64,000 nt of DNA from Planctomycetota bacterium (GTDB taxonomy: Bacteria > Planctomycetota > PLA2 > JAEUHO01). Position numbers and translations under genes: made by a program. The stretch spans positions 1 through 64,000 of the forward strand of contig CBDCWP010000041.1 of NCBI GenBank assembly GCA_965223505.1, in the 5' to 3' direction. The notes under the pieces were generated by a model. That model made no database searches, had not been told where the DNA came from, and saw nothing but the letters and a program-made list of their open reading frames with translations. Below, one piece after another: positions 48,240 to 59,466 of this stretch. Each line of letters begins with the position of its first letter. Position 1 is the stretch's first letter.

Positions 48240-50006
48240 ATGGTGCGTCCCCTGTGGGTGGTCGAACAGGTGGACGCCGAGGCGTCGAGCCGGGAGATCC
48301 CGGCTCTCGCCCGGGAGTTGGGCCTTCCGACTCTCGTCGCGCGGCTGCTCTGGCAGCGCGGCGTTCGAGAACCGTCCCGCGCCAGGAAGTTCCTGAGCCC
48401 CCGCTTGGCCGACCTCTCCCCTCCCGAGGGTCTGCCCAATGTGGACACGGCCGCGGAACGCCTGGCGCGGGCACTTCGCGAAGGCGAGCGGATCGCGGTC
48501 TGCGGCGACTACGACGTGGACGGCATGACCGGGACCGCCGTGCTGGTCCGGTTCTTCCGCCTCGCGGGCGGCGACGTCACGTGGTCGATTCCCAATCGGG
48601 AGAGCGACGGCTACGGCCTGAGTGTCGCCGGCATCGAGGACCTCGCCGAGCGCGGGGTCAAGGTGATCGTGACCGTCGACAACGGCATCACGGCGCTCGA
48701 GCCGATCGCGCGGGCGCGGGCGCTCGGCATGTCGGTCGTCATCACCGACCACCACCTACCGGGCGCGACGCTGCCCGACGCGTGCATCATCGTCAATCCG
48801 CATCTGGACGAGTCCGTCGACGCGACGGCGATGCCGTGCGGCTGCGCGCTCGCGTTCAAGCTCGCGTGGGCGATCGCCGACCGCATGCGTGACATGTTGC
48901 GCGGCGAGAAGCGAGCGGCGCTGCGCGCGTTCCTGCGCGACGCGGTCGGCCTCGCGGCGCTTGCGACCGTCACCGACGTCGTCCCGCTGCTCGGCGAGAA
49001 TCGCATCATGGTCACGGCGGGCCTCGGCTCGCTGCGGTCGTCGTCGCATCCGGGCATTCAGGCGCTCTTGTCGATCGCCGGCGTCGGAAACCTGCCGTTG
49101 ACGACCGAGGACGTCGGATTCCGGATCGGCCCGCGACTCAATGCGGCCGGACGCCTGTCGAAACCGGAGCTCGTCGTCGAGCTCCTGACCGAGTCCGATC
49201 CCAAGCGCTGCCGCGAGCTGGCGGCGGAGCTCGACCGGGCGAATGCGCTTCGGAAGGACATCGAGAAGGGCGTCGTGAAGCAGGCGATCGCCGAGGCCGA
49301 AGCGCTGCTCGCGTCCGGCGACCGCAAGTCGCTCGTCGTCTGGGGCGAGGACTGGCACCAGGGCGTCATCGGAATCGTCGCGGCCCGGCTCGTGGATCGA
49401 TTCCACAAGCCTTCGGTCGTGATCGGGCTCGCGGACGGCATGGGGCGCGGCTCGTGCCGAACGCCGCCCGACGTCCATCTGCAGCAAGCGCTGGCCACGT
49501 GCGACGAGCACCTCCTGCGCCACGGCGGCCACGCGATGGCGGCCGGCTGCGAGATCGACGCCGGCGACGTCGAGGCCTTCCGCGACGCGTTCGAGGCTGC
49601 CGTCGAGAGCCAGCTCGAAGACCGTTCGGCCGCGCGCACGCTGCGCATCGACGCCGTGACGGACGTGGACGACTGGAACCTGGGCGCCGTCCAGCAGATG
49701 ACGCGGCTCGCGCCGTTCGGCTCGCACAACCCCGAGCCCGTCTTCCTGGTGCCGCGCGCGCAGGTCGCGGGACGGCCGCGGTTGATGGGCCCCGCGTCGG
49801 ACCATCTCTCGTTCGCACTGCAACAGACGGGCGGCGCGATCCGCGTGGTGGCGTTCCGTCGGGCGGACCTGTACGACCTCGCTTCGTCGGGCGACGAGCT
49901 CGATCTCGCGGTGACGCCGGTGCTGAACGACTGGCGCGGGACGCGCACGCCCGAGTTCCGACTCGTCGACATGCAGAAGCACGACCCTCGACGGACGCAG
50001 AGCTAG
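48240..50006 (+). CDS. recJ: single-stranded-DNA-specific exonuclease RecJ
   Basis: [62 protein letters not shown]. Confidence 0.96.
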   Translation: MVRPLWVVEQVDAEASSREIPALARELGLPTLVARLLWQRGVREPSRARKFLSPRLADLSPPEGLPNVDTAAERLARALREGERIAVCGDYDVDGMTGTAVLVRFFRLAGGDVTWSIPNRESDGYGLSVAGIEDLAERGVKVIVTVDNGITALEPIARARALGMSVVITDHHLPGATLPDACIIVNPHLDESVDATAMPCGCALAFKLAWAIADRMRDMLRGEKRAALRAFLRDAVGLAALATVTDVVPLLGENRIMVTAGLGSLRSSSHPGIQALLSIAGVGNLPLTTEDVGFRIGPRLNAAGRLSKPELVVELLTESDPKRCRELAAELDRANALRKDIEKGVVKQAIAEAEALLASGDRKSLVVWGEDWHQGVIGIVAARLVDRFHKPSVVIGLADGMGRGSCRTPPDVHLQQALATCDEHLLRHGGHAMAAGCEIDAGDVEAFRDAFEAAVESQLEDRSAARTLRIDAVTDVDDWNLGAVQQMTRLAPFGSHNPEPVFLVPRAQVAGRPRLMGPASDHLSFALQQTGGAIRVVAFRRADLYDLASSGDELDLAVTPVLNDWRGTRTPEFRLVDMQKHDPRRTQS

Positions 50007-50160
50007 GTCGCGCTTCCAGGGCGCCGCGCTCGAGGCTCCCGCTCCTTCTCCCGCTCCCGGTTCGGTTTCGACATCAGCTCTCCGCCGATTCCGCTATCGA
50101 GGCGGGGCCCGGACGCACTGTGACCCGTGTTCGATCCCGCCGTCGTCCCGCCAGCGATCC

Positions 50161-50496
50161 CTACGCCTCGTACCCTTCGGGGGGCGCGCCCCCATCGAAG
50201 TACACGGCGAGCTGCCGCGCGACGCCCTCGTTGAGGAACTCCAGCTCGACGCGCACGATCGCGCCGACGGAGCGGACGGCGTCGCCCGGCTCGCCGTCGT
50301 CGCCGACCACCGGGTGTTCGAGGACCATGCGTTCGCCCTCGAACACGGGCTCTTCGAGATCACCCACCTGGACGAGCGCGCCGAGGCCGCCCAGGTTCTT
50401 GATCCGCACCTCGACGATGCGGCTGTTCGAGAGAAACATCACCCCGGCCAGATCGACGGGGCGGCGGATCGAGCGGCGACGTTCCTCGGTGCTCAT
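50161..50496 (-). CDS. PilZ domain protein
   Basis: ERRRSIR (RxxxR) and NLGGLG (D/NxSxxG-like) motifs, AIVRV. Confidence 0.7.
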   Translation of the reverse strand: MSTEERRRSIRRPVDLAGVMFLSNSRIVEVRIKNLGGLGALVQVGDLEEPVFEGERMVLEHPVVGDDGEPGDAVRSVGAIVRVELEFLNEGVARQLAVYFDGGAPPEGYEA

Positions 50497-50575
50497 ACCG
50501 CCTCAATCCTAGCCGGGTATGGCCCGAAAAGCCCATGTGGAGGATCCAACGGGCGTGCTAGACACGTTCCTGCGC

Positions 50576-51535
50576 ATGGCCGAAGAACCCGAAACGAAGC
50601 GCGATCCGCCCGTCGGCGAGAAGCGTCTCCCGCTTCATCTCGTCTTGACATCCGGTTTCCTGATGGGGTCCGCCGACGCGGTTCCCGGCGTCTCCGGCGG
50701 CACGATCGCCCTCATCCTGGGCGTGTACGAGCGGCTGATCCGGTCGATCTCCACGTGTCTGAAGCTGCACGTGCTGCTGCGTTCGCGCACGGGACGCAGC
50801 GAGCTTCGCCGCGCGCTGGCCTTCCTGCTGCCGCTGCTCGCCGGCGTCTTGGCCGCGGTCTACATCGCGACGCTGTTGCTCGTCGGGCCGACCGACGATC
50901 CGGGGTTCATTCGCAAGAGCGACACGGCGCCGCTCTGCTACGCGTTCTTCTTCGGTCTCGTCGTGCTGAGCCTGCGCGAACCGTGGCGCCGGCGGAAGAC
51001 GTCGCACTGGAGCCACTACGTAGCCGCCGTCCTGGCGTGCGCGGGCGCCGCCGTCTTCGTCGGGCTGCCGCACGCATCACGGGAACCCGCGACGTGGATG
51101 CTCCTCATCGGCGGCGCGGCCGCGATCTCGGTCATGCTCCTTCCGGGCATCAGCGGCTCGTTGCTGCTGCTGATCATCGGCCAGTACACGACCGTCACGC
51201 GCGCCGTACACGATCGCAACCTCGGCGTGATCGGCATCTTCGTGCTCGGTGTGGCGCTGGGCGTGGCGTTGTTCGTTCCGTTGCTCAGGCGCCTCTTGCG
51301 AGTTGCGCACGACGTCACGCTCGCCGCGCTCACGGGGTTGATGGCGGGCTCCCTGCGGGCGCTGTGGCCATGGAAGAGCAACTACGACCTCAAGGAGGGT
51401 CCGCTGACGAACGCGGGCATCGGCGACAACGTCGCGGGCGTCCTCGTCGCCGCGGCGGTCGGCGCCGCCGCCGTGATCCTGCTCGCCATGCTGGAACGGA
51501 AGATCGAACGCGCGTCAGCGGGCGTCGAGGCCTGA
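50576..51535 (+). CDS. DUF368 family membrane protein (putative undecaprenyl phosphate translocase)
   Basis: GFLMGSADAVPGVSGGTIALILGVYERLI, FFFGLV, MLLPGISGS, GSL..LWPW; the start could be 50519. Confidence 0.88.
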   Translation: MAEEPETKRDPPVGEKRLPLHLVLTSGFLMGSADAVPGVSGGTIALILGVYERLIRSISTCLKLHVLLRSRTGRSELRRALAFLLPLLAGVLAAVYIATLLLVGPTDDPGFIRKSDTAPLCYAFFFGLVVLSLREPWRRRKTSHWSHYVAAVLACAGAAVFVGLPHASREPATWMLLIGGAAAISVMLLPGISGSLLLLIIGQYTTVTRAVHDRNLGVIGIFVLGVALGVALFVPLLRRLLRVAHDVTLAALTGLMAGSLRALWPWKSNYDLKEGPLTNAGIGDNVAGVLVAAAVGAAAVILLAMLERKIERASAGVEA

Positions 51536-52765
51536 GCGGACCTCGGTCCGCAGAAGGCCGTAGACGACGACGCCACCGACCGCGACGAGCACCGCCGACA
51601 CGGCGAAGCCGACGCGTAGCGAGAACGCACTGGCCAGCCACAGCCCCAGGAACGGGGCGGGCGCGCTCCGCACCCCCACCAGGAAGACGTGTACGCCCGC
51701 ATAGCGGCGGGCGCGGCCGGGCGGCGCGAAGTGCAGCGGGCCGAGCGTCCAGCCGATCGTCACGAACGACATCGCGACGCCGTACAGCACGAAGGACGCA
51801 ACCAGCTGCCACGGCGTCTGCACGACGGTGACACACGCGAAGAAGGCCGCGAGCACGGCGAACGCGATGACGGTCACGCGCACGGGACCGAGCCGGTCGG
51901 CGACGCGCCCGATGAACAGCATCCCGACGATGTACGCCGCGGGAAAGGCGATGCCGCGCGCGTCCGCCCACTCGCCGTACTTCATCGCCAGCGGGCCTTC
52001 GGCCATCAGGATGATCAAAGGCGCGCCGCTCAACAACCCGACGCCGTAGAGCATGTAGCCGATCTCGTATCGTCGGAAGTCGCGATCCGCCTTCAGCACC
52101 TCGTACGTTCGCACGCAGACGTCGCGGAGCACCTCGCCGACATCGCGTCGGGCCGACGGCGGCTCGCGCTCGCCGTCGCGGCGCCACCGAATCCGCGCGA
52201 GCACGAGGAAGCCCGCGAACCCGAGCACGGCTGCGATCGGAAACAGGATGGCGATCGACGCGTCGTCGTGGTCGAGCGCGAATCCGGCCAGCTTCGTCGC
52301 GCACAGGAACGCCAACATGGCGGCGATCTCGAGCTTCGAGAGAATTCGCGCACGCAGCGTGGACGCGTAGTTGGCCCGCAGCAGCGCACCGCGGTGCGGC
52401 AGGTAGGCGCCGATCATCAGATGGTGCAGCGCGATCACGCCGAGGAAGGGCCACAGCCAGGACTCGTGACCCGTGATCAGCGTCAAGCCGATCAGCAGCA
52501 GCGGGAGCTTGGCGATCGCCCCGACCCAGACGAAGACGCGGCGCGGATCCAGGCGCGCGAAGACGACCTCCCACACGGGCGCGAGCAACCACGGCACCTG
52601 GGCGGCCGTCACCAGCACGGGCACCACCCAGTCGGCCGCGCCGAACGCGCGCTTGGCAACGAAGCCGGCCAGGTCGAGGACGCCGAAGGACATCGCAAGC
52701 AACACGTCCGCCGGCAGCTGGTAGCGCCACGTGTAGCCGGCGAAGCGCTGGGAGACGGAGTTCAC
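51515..52765 (-). CDS. MFS transporter
   Basis: About 12 hydrophobic segments; GRVADRLG motif A. Confidence 0.82.
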   Translation of the reverse strand: MNSVSQRFAGYTWRYQLPADVLLAMSFGVLDLAGFVAKRAFGAADWVVPVLVTAAQVPWLLAPVWEVVFARLDPRRVFVWVGAIAKLPLLLIGLTLITGHESWLWPFLGVIALHHLMIGAYLPHRGALLRANYASTLRARILSKLEIAAMLAFLCATKLAGFALDHDDASIAILFPIAAVLGFAGFLVLARIRWRRDGEREPPSARRDVGEVLRDVCVRTYEVLKADRDFRRYEIGYMLYGVGLLSGAPLIILMAEGPLAMKYGEWADARGIAFPAAYIVGMLFIGRVADRLGPVRVTVIAFAVLAAFFACVTVVQTPWQLVASFVLYGVAMSFVTIGWTLGPLHFAPPGRARRYAGVHVFLVGVRSAPAPFLGLWLASAFSLRVGFAVSAVLVAVGGVVVYGLLRTEVRSGLDAR

Positions 52766-52902
52766 GGCAAGGGCCCGATTTCAGTGGTTGAGGAAACTAC
52801 AGGTGCTCGGACCTGCGACACAATGTGCAGCCGCCGCGCAACCCTCACCCGGCGACGGTCGCGCCGCTACCTTCTTGCGCGGAAATCGCTCCGGAGACAA
52901 GC

Positions 52903-55900
52903 ATGGCTGACGCCCCCGCGTTCTCGACCGATGCCAAGCCGCGGCGGCCGCGCCGGTGGACCCGGCGGCTGCTTTGGTTCATGTTCTTCCTGGTGGTCCT
53001 GCTGATCGTGAGCCCGCTGGCGCTCGCGATCGGACCGGTCCGCGACGCGGTGGCGGACAAGATCGGCGACGCCGTCGGACGCAGGGTGACGATCGGGGAC
53101 GCGTTCGCGTTCTGGGGCCACGGGATCGACCTCGAAGACGTCACGGTCGAGAGCCCCAAGGGTTTCGACGGACCGCTGGCGACCATCGAGAAGATCCACG
53201 CGAAGATCGACCTGCTCGCGCTCGCCGGCGGGACCGTCGACGCGTCGGTCGAGGTCACCAAACCCCACGTGACGCTGCGGCGCAACGCCAGGAACGCGGG
53301 CAACACCGACGACCTGTTCGTGTCGGACGAAGACGAGCCGGCGACGAAGAGCGGCGCCCGTCCGCGCATCCATCTGGTCGTGACGGACGGGACCATCGAA
53401 TCGGTTCCGACGGGCGGCGCGAGCGGCTCCGATACGGGACGCATCGAAGACCTGAACCTGGCGGTCTTGCTCGCGGGCGACGGCGGCACGTCGGTGACGT
53501 TGCGAGCGACGGCGGTGGGCGCGCAGGTCGGCGGCGCCGACGCCGAGATCTCGGCGAGCATCGGTCTCGACGGCAACGGCGCCGGTCCCATCGAATTCGC
53601 GACGCCGCCGCTCGACCTGGGCCGTCTCGCGGCGCTGGTGGAAGGCGCGAGCGGCGTCAGCAACCTGACGGGTCAGCTCCAGGCAACCGGCAAGGCGTCG
53701 GTGCAACGCGTCGGCGAGGACTACAACGTCGACGGCCACATCGACATCGACGGCGAACGCATCGCCGCGCTCGGCGGGGACGACGTTCGCGTGTCCCTGG
53801 CGAAGCTCGTCGCCCACATCGGGCTGTCCGGCGACGGGACCCGAACGACAGGCGACCTGCGGGTCACCGCGGAGCAGTTCCAGGTCGGCAGGCAGACGTC
53901 GACCGCGCCCGCGTACGCGGAACCGCGGATCCAGCTCAACGCGACCGGTTCGTTCGACGCCGCTGCCGAGACGATCGAGATCAAGACGGGCGGGCTCACG
54001 GCGGGGCGCACCGCTGCCGTGGACTTGCGCGAGCCGTGGCGCGTCTCGCTGTCGCCGATGCGGGCGGTCGGCATCGTCGGCCTGCATGCGAACCTCGCCC
54101 AGCTCGCGCGGCTCAGCCCGCTCGTTCCCGCACTGGAGAAGATCCGCGGCGGCGGTTTGAACTTCGGCATCCGAGGCAACGACGCGGACGGTCTGGACCT
54201 GTCACTCGGCGCGGAGGTGACCAATCTCACGTTCGACGCGGGCGGGTCGGTCGTGCGTGAACCGAAGGTCCTCGCGCAGGCGCGCTGGCGCTCCGTCGAG
54301 GACGACGTGAGCCGTCTCGACGTGTACAGCCTCACGAGCAGCGCGGTGTCCTTGACGTCCACGAGCACGGGTACGCCGTTCGTGCTGCATCTGCGTGATT
54401 CGGGACCGAGCCTCGATGGACCGCTCGGCATGCGCGTAGACCTCGGCGCGTTGTCCGACCTTCTCGGCGGCGTGATGGGACTCGAGCCGGGAGAGCGCAT
54501 GACCGGCAGCGTCGTCGTGACCGGCGAGGCCAAAGGCGACGACAAGCGGTCGTCGGCGAACGCACACGTGAAGATCTCGGCGCTGACGCTGCCTGCATCG
54601 TGGCTCGCGTTCCGCCGCCCGGGCACGCTCGACTTCGACGTCAGCATGAGCGGCAATCCCGGTGACACGCGGATTCGCGCGACGAACCTCGTGGGCATGG
54701 GGCACAGCGGACAGATCACGGCACGACTGTCGGAGACCGACGGCGAGACCAACCTGTCCGAGGCGATCCTCGACCTGGACGTCGACTTGGCGCAGGCGCA
54801 GCCGTACGTCGGCTCGTTGCTGGGCGTCGAAACCGGCGGGCGGCTGCAGGGTGTCGCCAAGTGCGATTTGCGGTTGATCACGAACGGCAACGACCGCACG
54901 GCGTCGGGCTTCGTCGTCGGACGCGAAGTGGTGTGGCAGCGCACCGGGCTCGATCCCGTGCTGCCGAAACAGACGGTGCGAGTCGACCTCGACGCGACGA
55001 TGCGTCCCGAGGGCGGCCGGCATGTCGCGAAGAAGCTGTCCTTGGCGCTCGACGGCTTGCAGATCGATCTCTCGGGCTCGACCTTCGGCACCGGCGACGA
55101 CGACGACATCGATGTGCGCGCGCGCATCACCGGCGACGCCGCCCGGCTGGCGCCGAGCCTCGCCGCGTATCTCGGCAGCGACTACGCCGACCTGCGCGGC
55201 CGCGGGCCGATCGACGGCTCCGGCACGTTCGGCGGCTCGACCGGGGACAACGGACGCGATCTCGAGCTCGACTTGACGCTTTCCCCGGGCAGCTGGACGA
55301 CGTCGGGACTGCGCATCGAGAACCCGTCCTTCTCCGCGCGGCGTACGGGCACGAGCGCGAAGCTCGTCGCGTCGCTCGAGTCCAAGCTGAACGGCGGCAA
55401 CGTTCGGCTCAGCGCGCAAGGCAAGCTGGGCGAGGACTTCGGGATTCCGTGGGACGCGGTCCTGACCGCGCGACAGGTCGACACCTCGGGTTGGGTGACC
55501 GGCAAGGGACCGGCCCGCTTTCTGCTGTTCGCGCTTCCCGCGATCGTACCCGCGAACAGCTCGTCGCCGGCGCTTTCGGGCCTGCTCGACGCGGAGCTCA
55601 AGCTCGCTTCGACGGACATCAGCGACCCCGCTCTGATGCACGACCTCGTCGGCGACGGCGAGGTCCACATGCGCGAAGGCACGGTGCAGGACTCGACGCT
55701 GTTCCGCGGCCTCGGCGGCGGCAGGGGCCTCGGCCAGGTCGGCAAGATCCTGGCCGTCACCGTGCCCGAGGTGGGCTCGACGCTGACGTCGGTTTCGAAG
55801 GCGCTTTCGTTCACGAAGCTCGACTCGGAGTTCAACGTCGGCCGGCGCGTGGTGACGCTGCTGAGGACCGAGCTGGACGGACCGGTGTTGTCGCTGTCGA

Positions 55901-56157
55901 TGACGGGGACCGTCGACTTCGACAAGCGGCTCGACCTCGTCGCAAAGCCACGGTTCCTGGGCGGCGTCGGCAAGAAGCTCAGCAAGGTGGTGCCGACCGC
56001 GGTGATCCCGCTGAGGGTGCAAGGCAAGATCGGCGACGCGAAGGTCACGCCGGCGTTGTCGATGACGGATCTGTCGCCGGGCGCGCTCGAGGGTGTGGGC
56101 GACATCGGCAAGAAGGCCAAGGACAAGCTCAAGGACTTGATCGGCGGCGGAAAGTAG
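52903..56157 (+). CDS. AsmA-like family protein
   Basis: N-terminal TM + VADKIGDAVGRRVTIG, PHVTLRRN; long beta-rich body; C-terminal AsmA_2-like LSMTGTVDFD..IPLRVQGKIGD. Confidence 0.75.
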   Translation: MADAPAFSTDAKPRRPRRWTRRLLWFMFFLVVLLIVSPLALAIGPVRDAVADKIGDAVGRRVTIGDAFAFWGHGIDLEDVTVESPKGFDGPLATIEKIHAKIDLLALAGGTVDASVEVTKPHVTLRRNARNAGNTDDLFVSDEDEPATKSGARPRIHLVVTDGTIESVPTGGASGSDTGRIEDLNLAVLLAGDGGTSVTLRATAVGAQVGGADAEISASIGLDGNGAGPIEFATPPLDLGRLAALVEGASGVSNLTGQLQATGKASVQRVGEDYNVDGHIDIDGERIAALGGDDVRVSLAKLVAHIGLSGDGTRTTGDLRVTAEQFQVGRQTSTAPAYAEPRIQLNATGSFDAAAETIEIKTGGLTAGRTAAVDLREPWRVSLSPMRAVGIVGLHANLAQLARLSPLVPALEKIRGGGLNFGIRGNDADGLDLSLGAEVTNLTFDAGGSVVREPKVLAQARWRSVEDDVSRLDVYSLTSSAVSLTSTSTGTPFVLHLRDSGPSLDGPLGMRVDLGALSDLLGGVMGLEPGERMTGSVVVTGEAKGDDKRSSANAHVKISALTLPASWLAFRRPGTLDFDVSMSGNPGDTRIRATNLVGMGHSGQITARLSETDGETNLSEAILDLDVDLAQAQPYVGSLLGVETGGRLQGVAKCDLRLITNGNDRTASGFVVGREVVWQRTGLDPVLPKQTVRVDLDATMRPEGGRHVAKKLSLALDGLQIDLSGSTFGTGDDDDIDVRARITGDAARLAPSLAAYLGSDYADLRGRGPIDGSGTFGGSTGDNGRDLELDLTLSPGSWTTSGLRIENPSFSARRTGTSAKLVASLESKLNGGNVRLSAQGKLGEDFGIPWDAVLTARQVDTSGWVTGKGPARFLLFALPAIVPANSSSPALSGLLDAELKLASTDISDPALMHDLVGDGEVHMREGTVQDSTLFRGLGGGRGLGQVGKILAVTVPEVGSTLTSVSKALSFTKLDSEFNVGRRVVTLLRTELDGPVLSLSMTGTVDFDKRLDLVAKPRFLGGVGKKLSKVVPTAVIPLRVQGKIGDAKVTPALSMTDLSPGALEGVGDIGKKAKDKLKDLIGGGK

Positions 56158-56186
56158 ACGGGTCGCAAGGCGGGCCGCGGCGCGCC

Positions 56187-58124
56187 CTACTGGAACACGG
56201 GCTCGCTGTACTTCTCGGACGTGCGGATGCCGATCTGGCCGGGCTTGAGCTTGATCTCGACCGTCTCCTCTCCCCGGCGAACGACCATCACCACTGCCTC
56301 GGCCTCGCCTTCGGCCGCGGCCTCGATCTGTTCACGCAGCGACTTCTGGTCCGTCACCTCGACGCCGTTGTACGAAACGAGCAGGTCCCCGACCTGGACG
56401 CCTTGCGCCTTCGCCTGACCGCGCGGCGCCACGAACCCGATCGAAAGCCCCAACACCTTCAGGCGCTCCTTCAGCGAGGCGACGTCGAGCTCGTCGCCTT
56501 CCTCCCGCCCCTCGTAGCGCTTGCTGCTTCGCCCTTCACGCACGCACCTGCGCCGCAGCACCTCTCTCACGGCGCGGTAGCAGTTGATGAGGCCGTGCCC
56601 CGTCTCGTAGTCCACGCCCTTCGCCGCGATGTCGAGCGCCGTGCCGGTGATGATCTCCCGCAGGTCCCAGGGCAGGAGGTCGGGATCGGCGGAGAGCATG
56701 AGCGAGATCGAGCCGCAGAACATCGGACCCGCGAACGAGTTGCCGTTGAGCCCGCCCTCGCGCACGGTGCCGTTGCGAAAGAGCCACGGCAGCCCGAAGT
56801 TGAACGCGCAGACGGCCGGTTTCTGGACCGTGCCGTCCTTGTAGTGCTCCGTGTTCCATTCGACCGGCCCCTTGCTCGACGTCGCGGTTCGCGTCAGGTC
56901 GCGATGAACGCCGGCCGCGGCGAAGACGGCGCCGGGGATGTCCTCCGGTTGCCGCATCTGGACGGGCACCTTCTGCTGCAACGCGAAGTTGCCGGCGCCG
57001 GAGACGAAGCACACGCCGCAGAACGAACCGTGCTCCATGAGCTTGCGCCAATGCGAGCGGTGCTCGCCTTTGCCGGGCACCGAGAAGCTCATGCTGTAGG
57101 TGTCGGCGTGTTGCTCGACCGCCCACTGCACCGCGGCTTCCATGCGCCGCGCCGAGATCACGCCCGCCCACGTTCCTTCCGGCGCGATGCCGAACTCGTA
57201 CTCGTGTCCTTCCGCGCCGGACCCGCAGATGATGGCGCCGCAGATGAACCCGTGAAGCGCCGCGCCACCGCCGCCGCCGGGGGGGACCTTGATGGTGGTG
57301 AGCACCTGCGAGTTCCAGTTGAAGTTGAACCCGTGGTAGTCGTCGACGAGCCCGTTCTCGTCGTCGTCCACGCCGTTGCCCGGAATCTCACCGGCATTGC
57401 GATGCAGATTGCTGGTCGTGTTGGGCGAGAAGAGGAAGTTGTGGTCGTGAATGATGTTGAGCGTGCCGCGCCCAGTCACGCCCAGGTCCTTCCACACGCG
57501 GTCGGCGAGCAGATAGCGCACGTACCACGGATGCTTGTACCGCGCCGGGTCGAACGCCGGTTCGTCGGTCGTCGGCTTGTAGACGGGTGATTCGCCCGGC
57601 CGCGGCTGCTGCAAGGGGCGCCAGGACGAGTCGACGAAGATCTTGCGCACGCCCGCGACGTTCTTCAGCGCTTCGAGCCCGTCCCTGGTGACGCCGCACG
57701 CGAAACCGTTCACGATCCAGAACCGATCGACGTTGCGGATGCCCTCGTTTTCGATCAGGGCGTCGAGGTCCTTCTTCGCGGCGGCCCACGACCGGTCGGC
57801 GATCGCCTTGAGCGTCTTCGCAACGGCAACGCGGAGCTCGGTACGCTTCGCGCCGGCGAACTCCTTCGCGCGCCGCTCGTACGCCTTGCCGTCGCCGAGG
57901 AACTGATCCTCGAACCAGATCGTGGCGCGGATGCGCTCGCCTCGGTCGAACGCGTTCTCGAAGCGTGGGTCGACCCACACGCCGCGGCCCTCGAGCTTCT
58001 CGGACTCCAGCAACCCCTCCCCTGCGGGAGGCACCCGCTCGGGGCCGGCCTCGGCCTTGACGGCCGCGAGGACGACGCTCGTGACGAGGAAGAACAACGC
58101 CGGCACCGATCGCGTTCGATTCAT
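56187..58124 (-). CDS. S8 subtilisin-like serine peptidase with C-terminal PDZ
   Basis: Signal peptide and I9-like prodomain; IIHDHN (Asp), IPGNGVDDDENGLVDDYHG, HGFICGAII (His), SGAGN, NGNSFAGP (Ser), TGHGLIN; PDZ domain. Confidence 0.82.
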   Translation of the reverse strand: MNRTRSVPALFFLVTSVVLAAVKAEAGPERVPPAGEGLLESEKLEGRGVWVDPRFENAFDRGERIRATIWFEDQFLGDGKAYERRAKEFAGAKRTELRVAVAKTLKAIADRSWAAAKKDLDALIENEGIRNVDRFWIVNGFACGVTRDGLEALKNVAGVRKIFVDSSWRPLQQPRPGESPVYKPTTDEPAFDPARYKHPWYVRYLLADRVWKDLGVTGRGTLNIIHDHNFLFSPNTTSNLHRNAGEIPGNGVDDDENGLVDDYHGFNFNWNSQVLTTIKVPPGGGGGAALHGFICGAIICGSGAEGHEYEFGIAPEGTWAGVISARRMEAAVQWAVEQHADTYSMSFSVPGKGEHRSHWRKLMEHGSFCGVCFVSGAGNFALQQKVPVQMRQPEDIPGAVFAAAGVHRDLTRTATSSKGPVEWNTEHYKDGTVQKPAVCAFNFGLPWLFRNGTVREGGLNGNSFAGPMFCGSISLMLSADPDLLPWDLREIITGTALDIAAKGVDYETGHGLINCYRAVREVLRRRCVREGRSSKRYEGREEGDELDVASLKERLKVLGLSIGFVAPRGQAKAQGVQVGDLLVSYNGVEVTDQKSLREQIEAAAEGEAEAVVMVVRRGEETVEIKLKPGQIGIRTSEKYSEPVFQ

Positions 58125-58145
58125 GTCGCGCGAGTCTACCGGTTG

Positions 58146-58490
58146 CTATGCGTCGCGATCCACCCATACGCGCAACGCGCCGAGCGAGCGCAGGAGCCCC
58201 GAGAGCCGCAAGTGGGTGTCGTGCGTCTGCAGGCTCACGCGCACTTGCGCGCCGACCGCCCGCGCATGGGGACCCAGCGTCCAATCGACGTCCTCGCCGA
58301 GCACCCACGCGTACTCGCTCGTCTCGACGCCGAACGGCTCGAACAGCTCCGGTCCCGGCATCTCCGTTCCGTCGAGAATCCAGCGAAACCACTGGTTCAG
58401 CGCGTCGGCGACCTGGTCCGCGACGACGTCGTCGACGAACGCGCCGGCGACTTCGCCGATCGGATCGCCCTCGGGTTCGTCGGTGTCCAT
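58146..58490 (-). CDS. hypothetical protein
   Basis: 114-aa acidic ORF co-oriented with and just downstream of the ComF-like gene. Confidence 0.55.
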   Translation of the reverse strand: MDTDEPEGDPIGEVAGAFVDDVVADQVADALNQWFRWILDGTEMPGPELFEPFGVETSEYAWVLGEDVDWTLGPHARAVGAQVRVSLQTHDTHLRLSGLLRSLGALRVWVDRDA

Positions 58491-58511
58491 CCGCGGGATC
58501 GTACGCCGCGA

Positions 58512-59267
58512 TCAGCCGAGCTCCGCCCTGCAAACGACCGCCGCGACGACGGCGCTCGCGCCCGCCCGGCGAAGCGCCAGCGCGCAGGCCCGTGCCGTCG
58601 CGCCGGTCGTGAGCACGTCGTCCACGAGCAGGACGCAGCGGCCCTCGACCCGCGTGGCATCGGCACGATACGCGCCTTGCTGCGCCCGCCGCCGCCCGCT
58701 TCGCGTGAGCTCCGTCTGCGGCCGCGTCTCACGGACCCGTCGCAAGGCTCGGCCGCTGTACGCGACACCGACGCGGCGCGCGAGGGGCCGGGCGAGGAGA
58801 ACGGACTGGTTGTAGCCCCGCACACGCTCGCGCCGGGGACCGAGCGGCACCGGCACGATCAGATCACCGGGAATGCGCGCTTGCCAGAGCGCGTCCGCCA
58901 GCGCGTCGGCGAGCAAGGACGCCACCGGCGCCCGCGAACGGAACTTCAAGGCCAACACGAGCTCGCGCGGAGGGCCGGCGTAGGGATACGCCGCGACCAC
59001 CCTCGCCACGGGGCCGGGTCGATCATCGACCGAGAGCGGATCGTCCGTCGCGAACGGGCCGGTGCAACGCGGACAGCCGCCGTTCACCAGCGCTTGAACG
59101 GGCCCCAGTCGACGCGCGCAGCGTGGGCAGCGCTCGACGGGCGCCGGCATGCCGGCGCCGCAGCGGGGACACAAGGCCCCGGCCCAAGCGGGGGCGTCGC
59201 ACGCGAGGCAGCGGGGTGGGAAGAACAGATCCCGGAAGCTCTGCAGCAGGACGCCGGCGGAGGTCAT
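58512..59267 (-). CDS. ComF family protein (double zinc ribbon + phosphoribosyltransferase)
   Basis: FFPPRCLAC, LCPRC, CPRC, LKF, IVPVPL..RGYNQS, LLVDDVLTTGAT. Confidence 0.9.
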   Translation of the reverse strand: MTSAGVLLQSFRDLFFPPRCLACDAPAWAGALCPRCGAGMPAPVERCPRCARRLGPVQALVNGGCPRCTGPFATDDPLSVDDRPGPVARVVAAYPYAGPPRELVLALKFRSRAPVASLLADALADALWQARIPGDLIVPVPLGPRRERVRGYNQSVLLARPLARRVGVAYSGRALRRVRETRPQTELTRSGRRRAQQGAYRADATRVEGRCVLLVDDVLTTGATARACALALRRAGASAVVAAVVCRAELG

Positions 59268-59313
59268 GGAAGGACTTCGTGCGGCGCCTCGCATCGGGTA
59301 CGCCGGCCGCGAC

Positions 59314-59466
59314 TCAGCGCATGTGGCGCTCGAAGTCGAGCGCGAGCCGCAGGTTGTCCCAGCCCGTCAGTTCGGCGATCGCGGCCAAAGCCAGGAGCGC
59401 GACCCAGCCCCACGCGAGCCACGGCAGCCACTGCCCGCCGACGGTCTTCTGGTCCTGCTCGTGCAT
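59314..59466 (-). CDS. small membrane protein
   Basis: 50 aa with one hydrophobic, Trp-rich segment. Confidence 0.5.
   Translation of the reverse strand: MHEQDQKTVGGQWLPWLAWGWVALLALAAIAELTGWDNLRLALDFERHMR

Noticed and set aside
1190..59316. Readthrough at other TGA stops (rimK, zntB, UDG, recQ, comF, DUF368, kinase)
   Set aside because: The recognisable domains are already complete at those stops, and I saw no convincing in-frame continuation.
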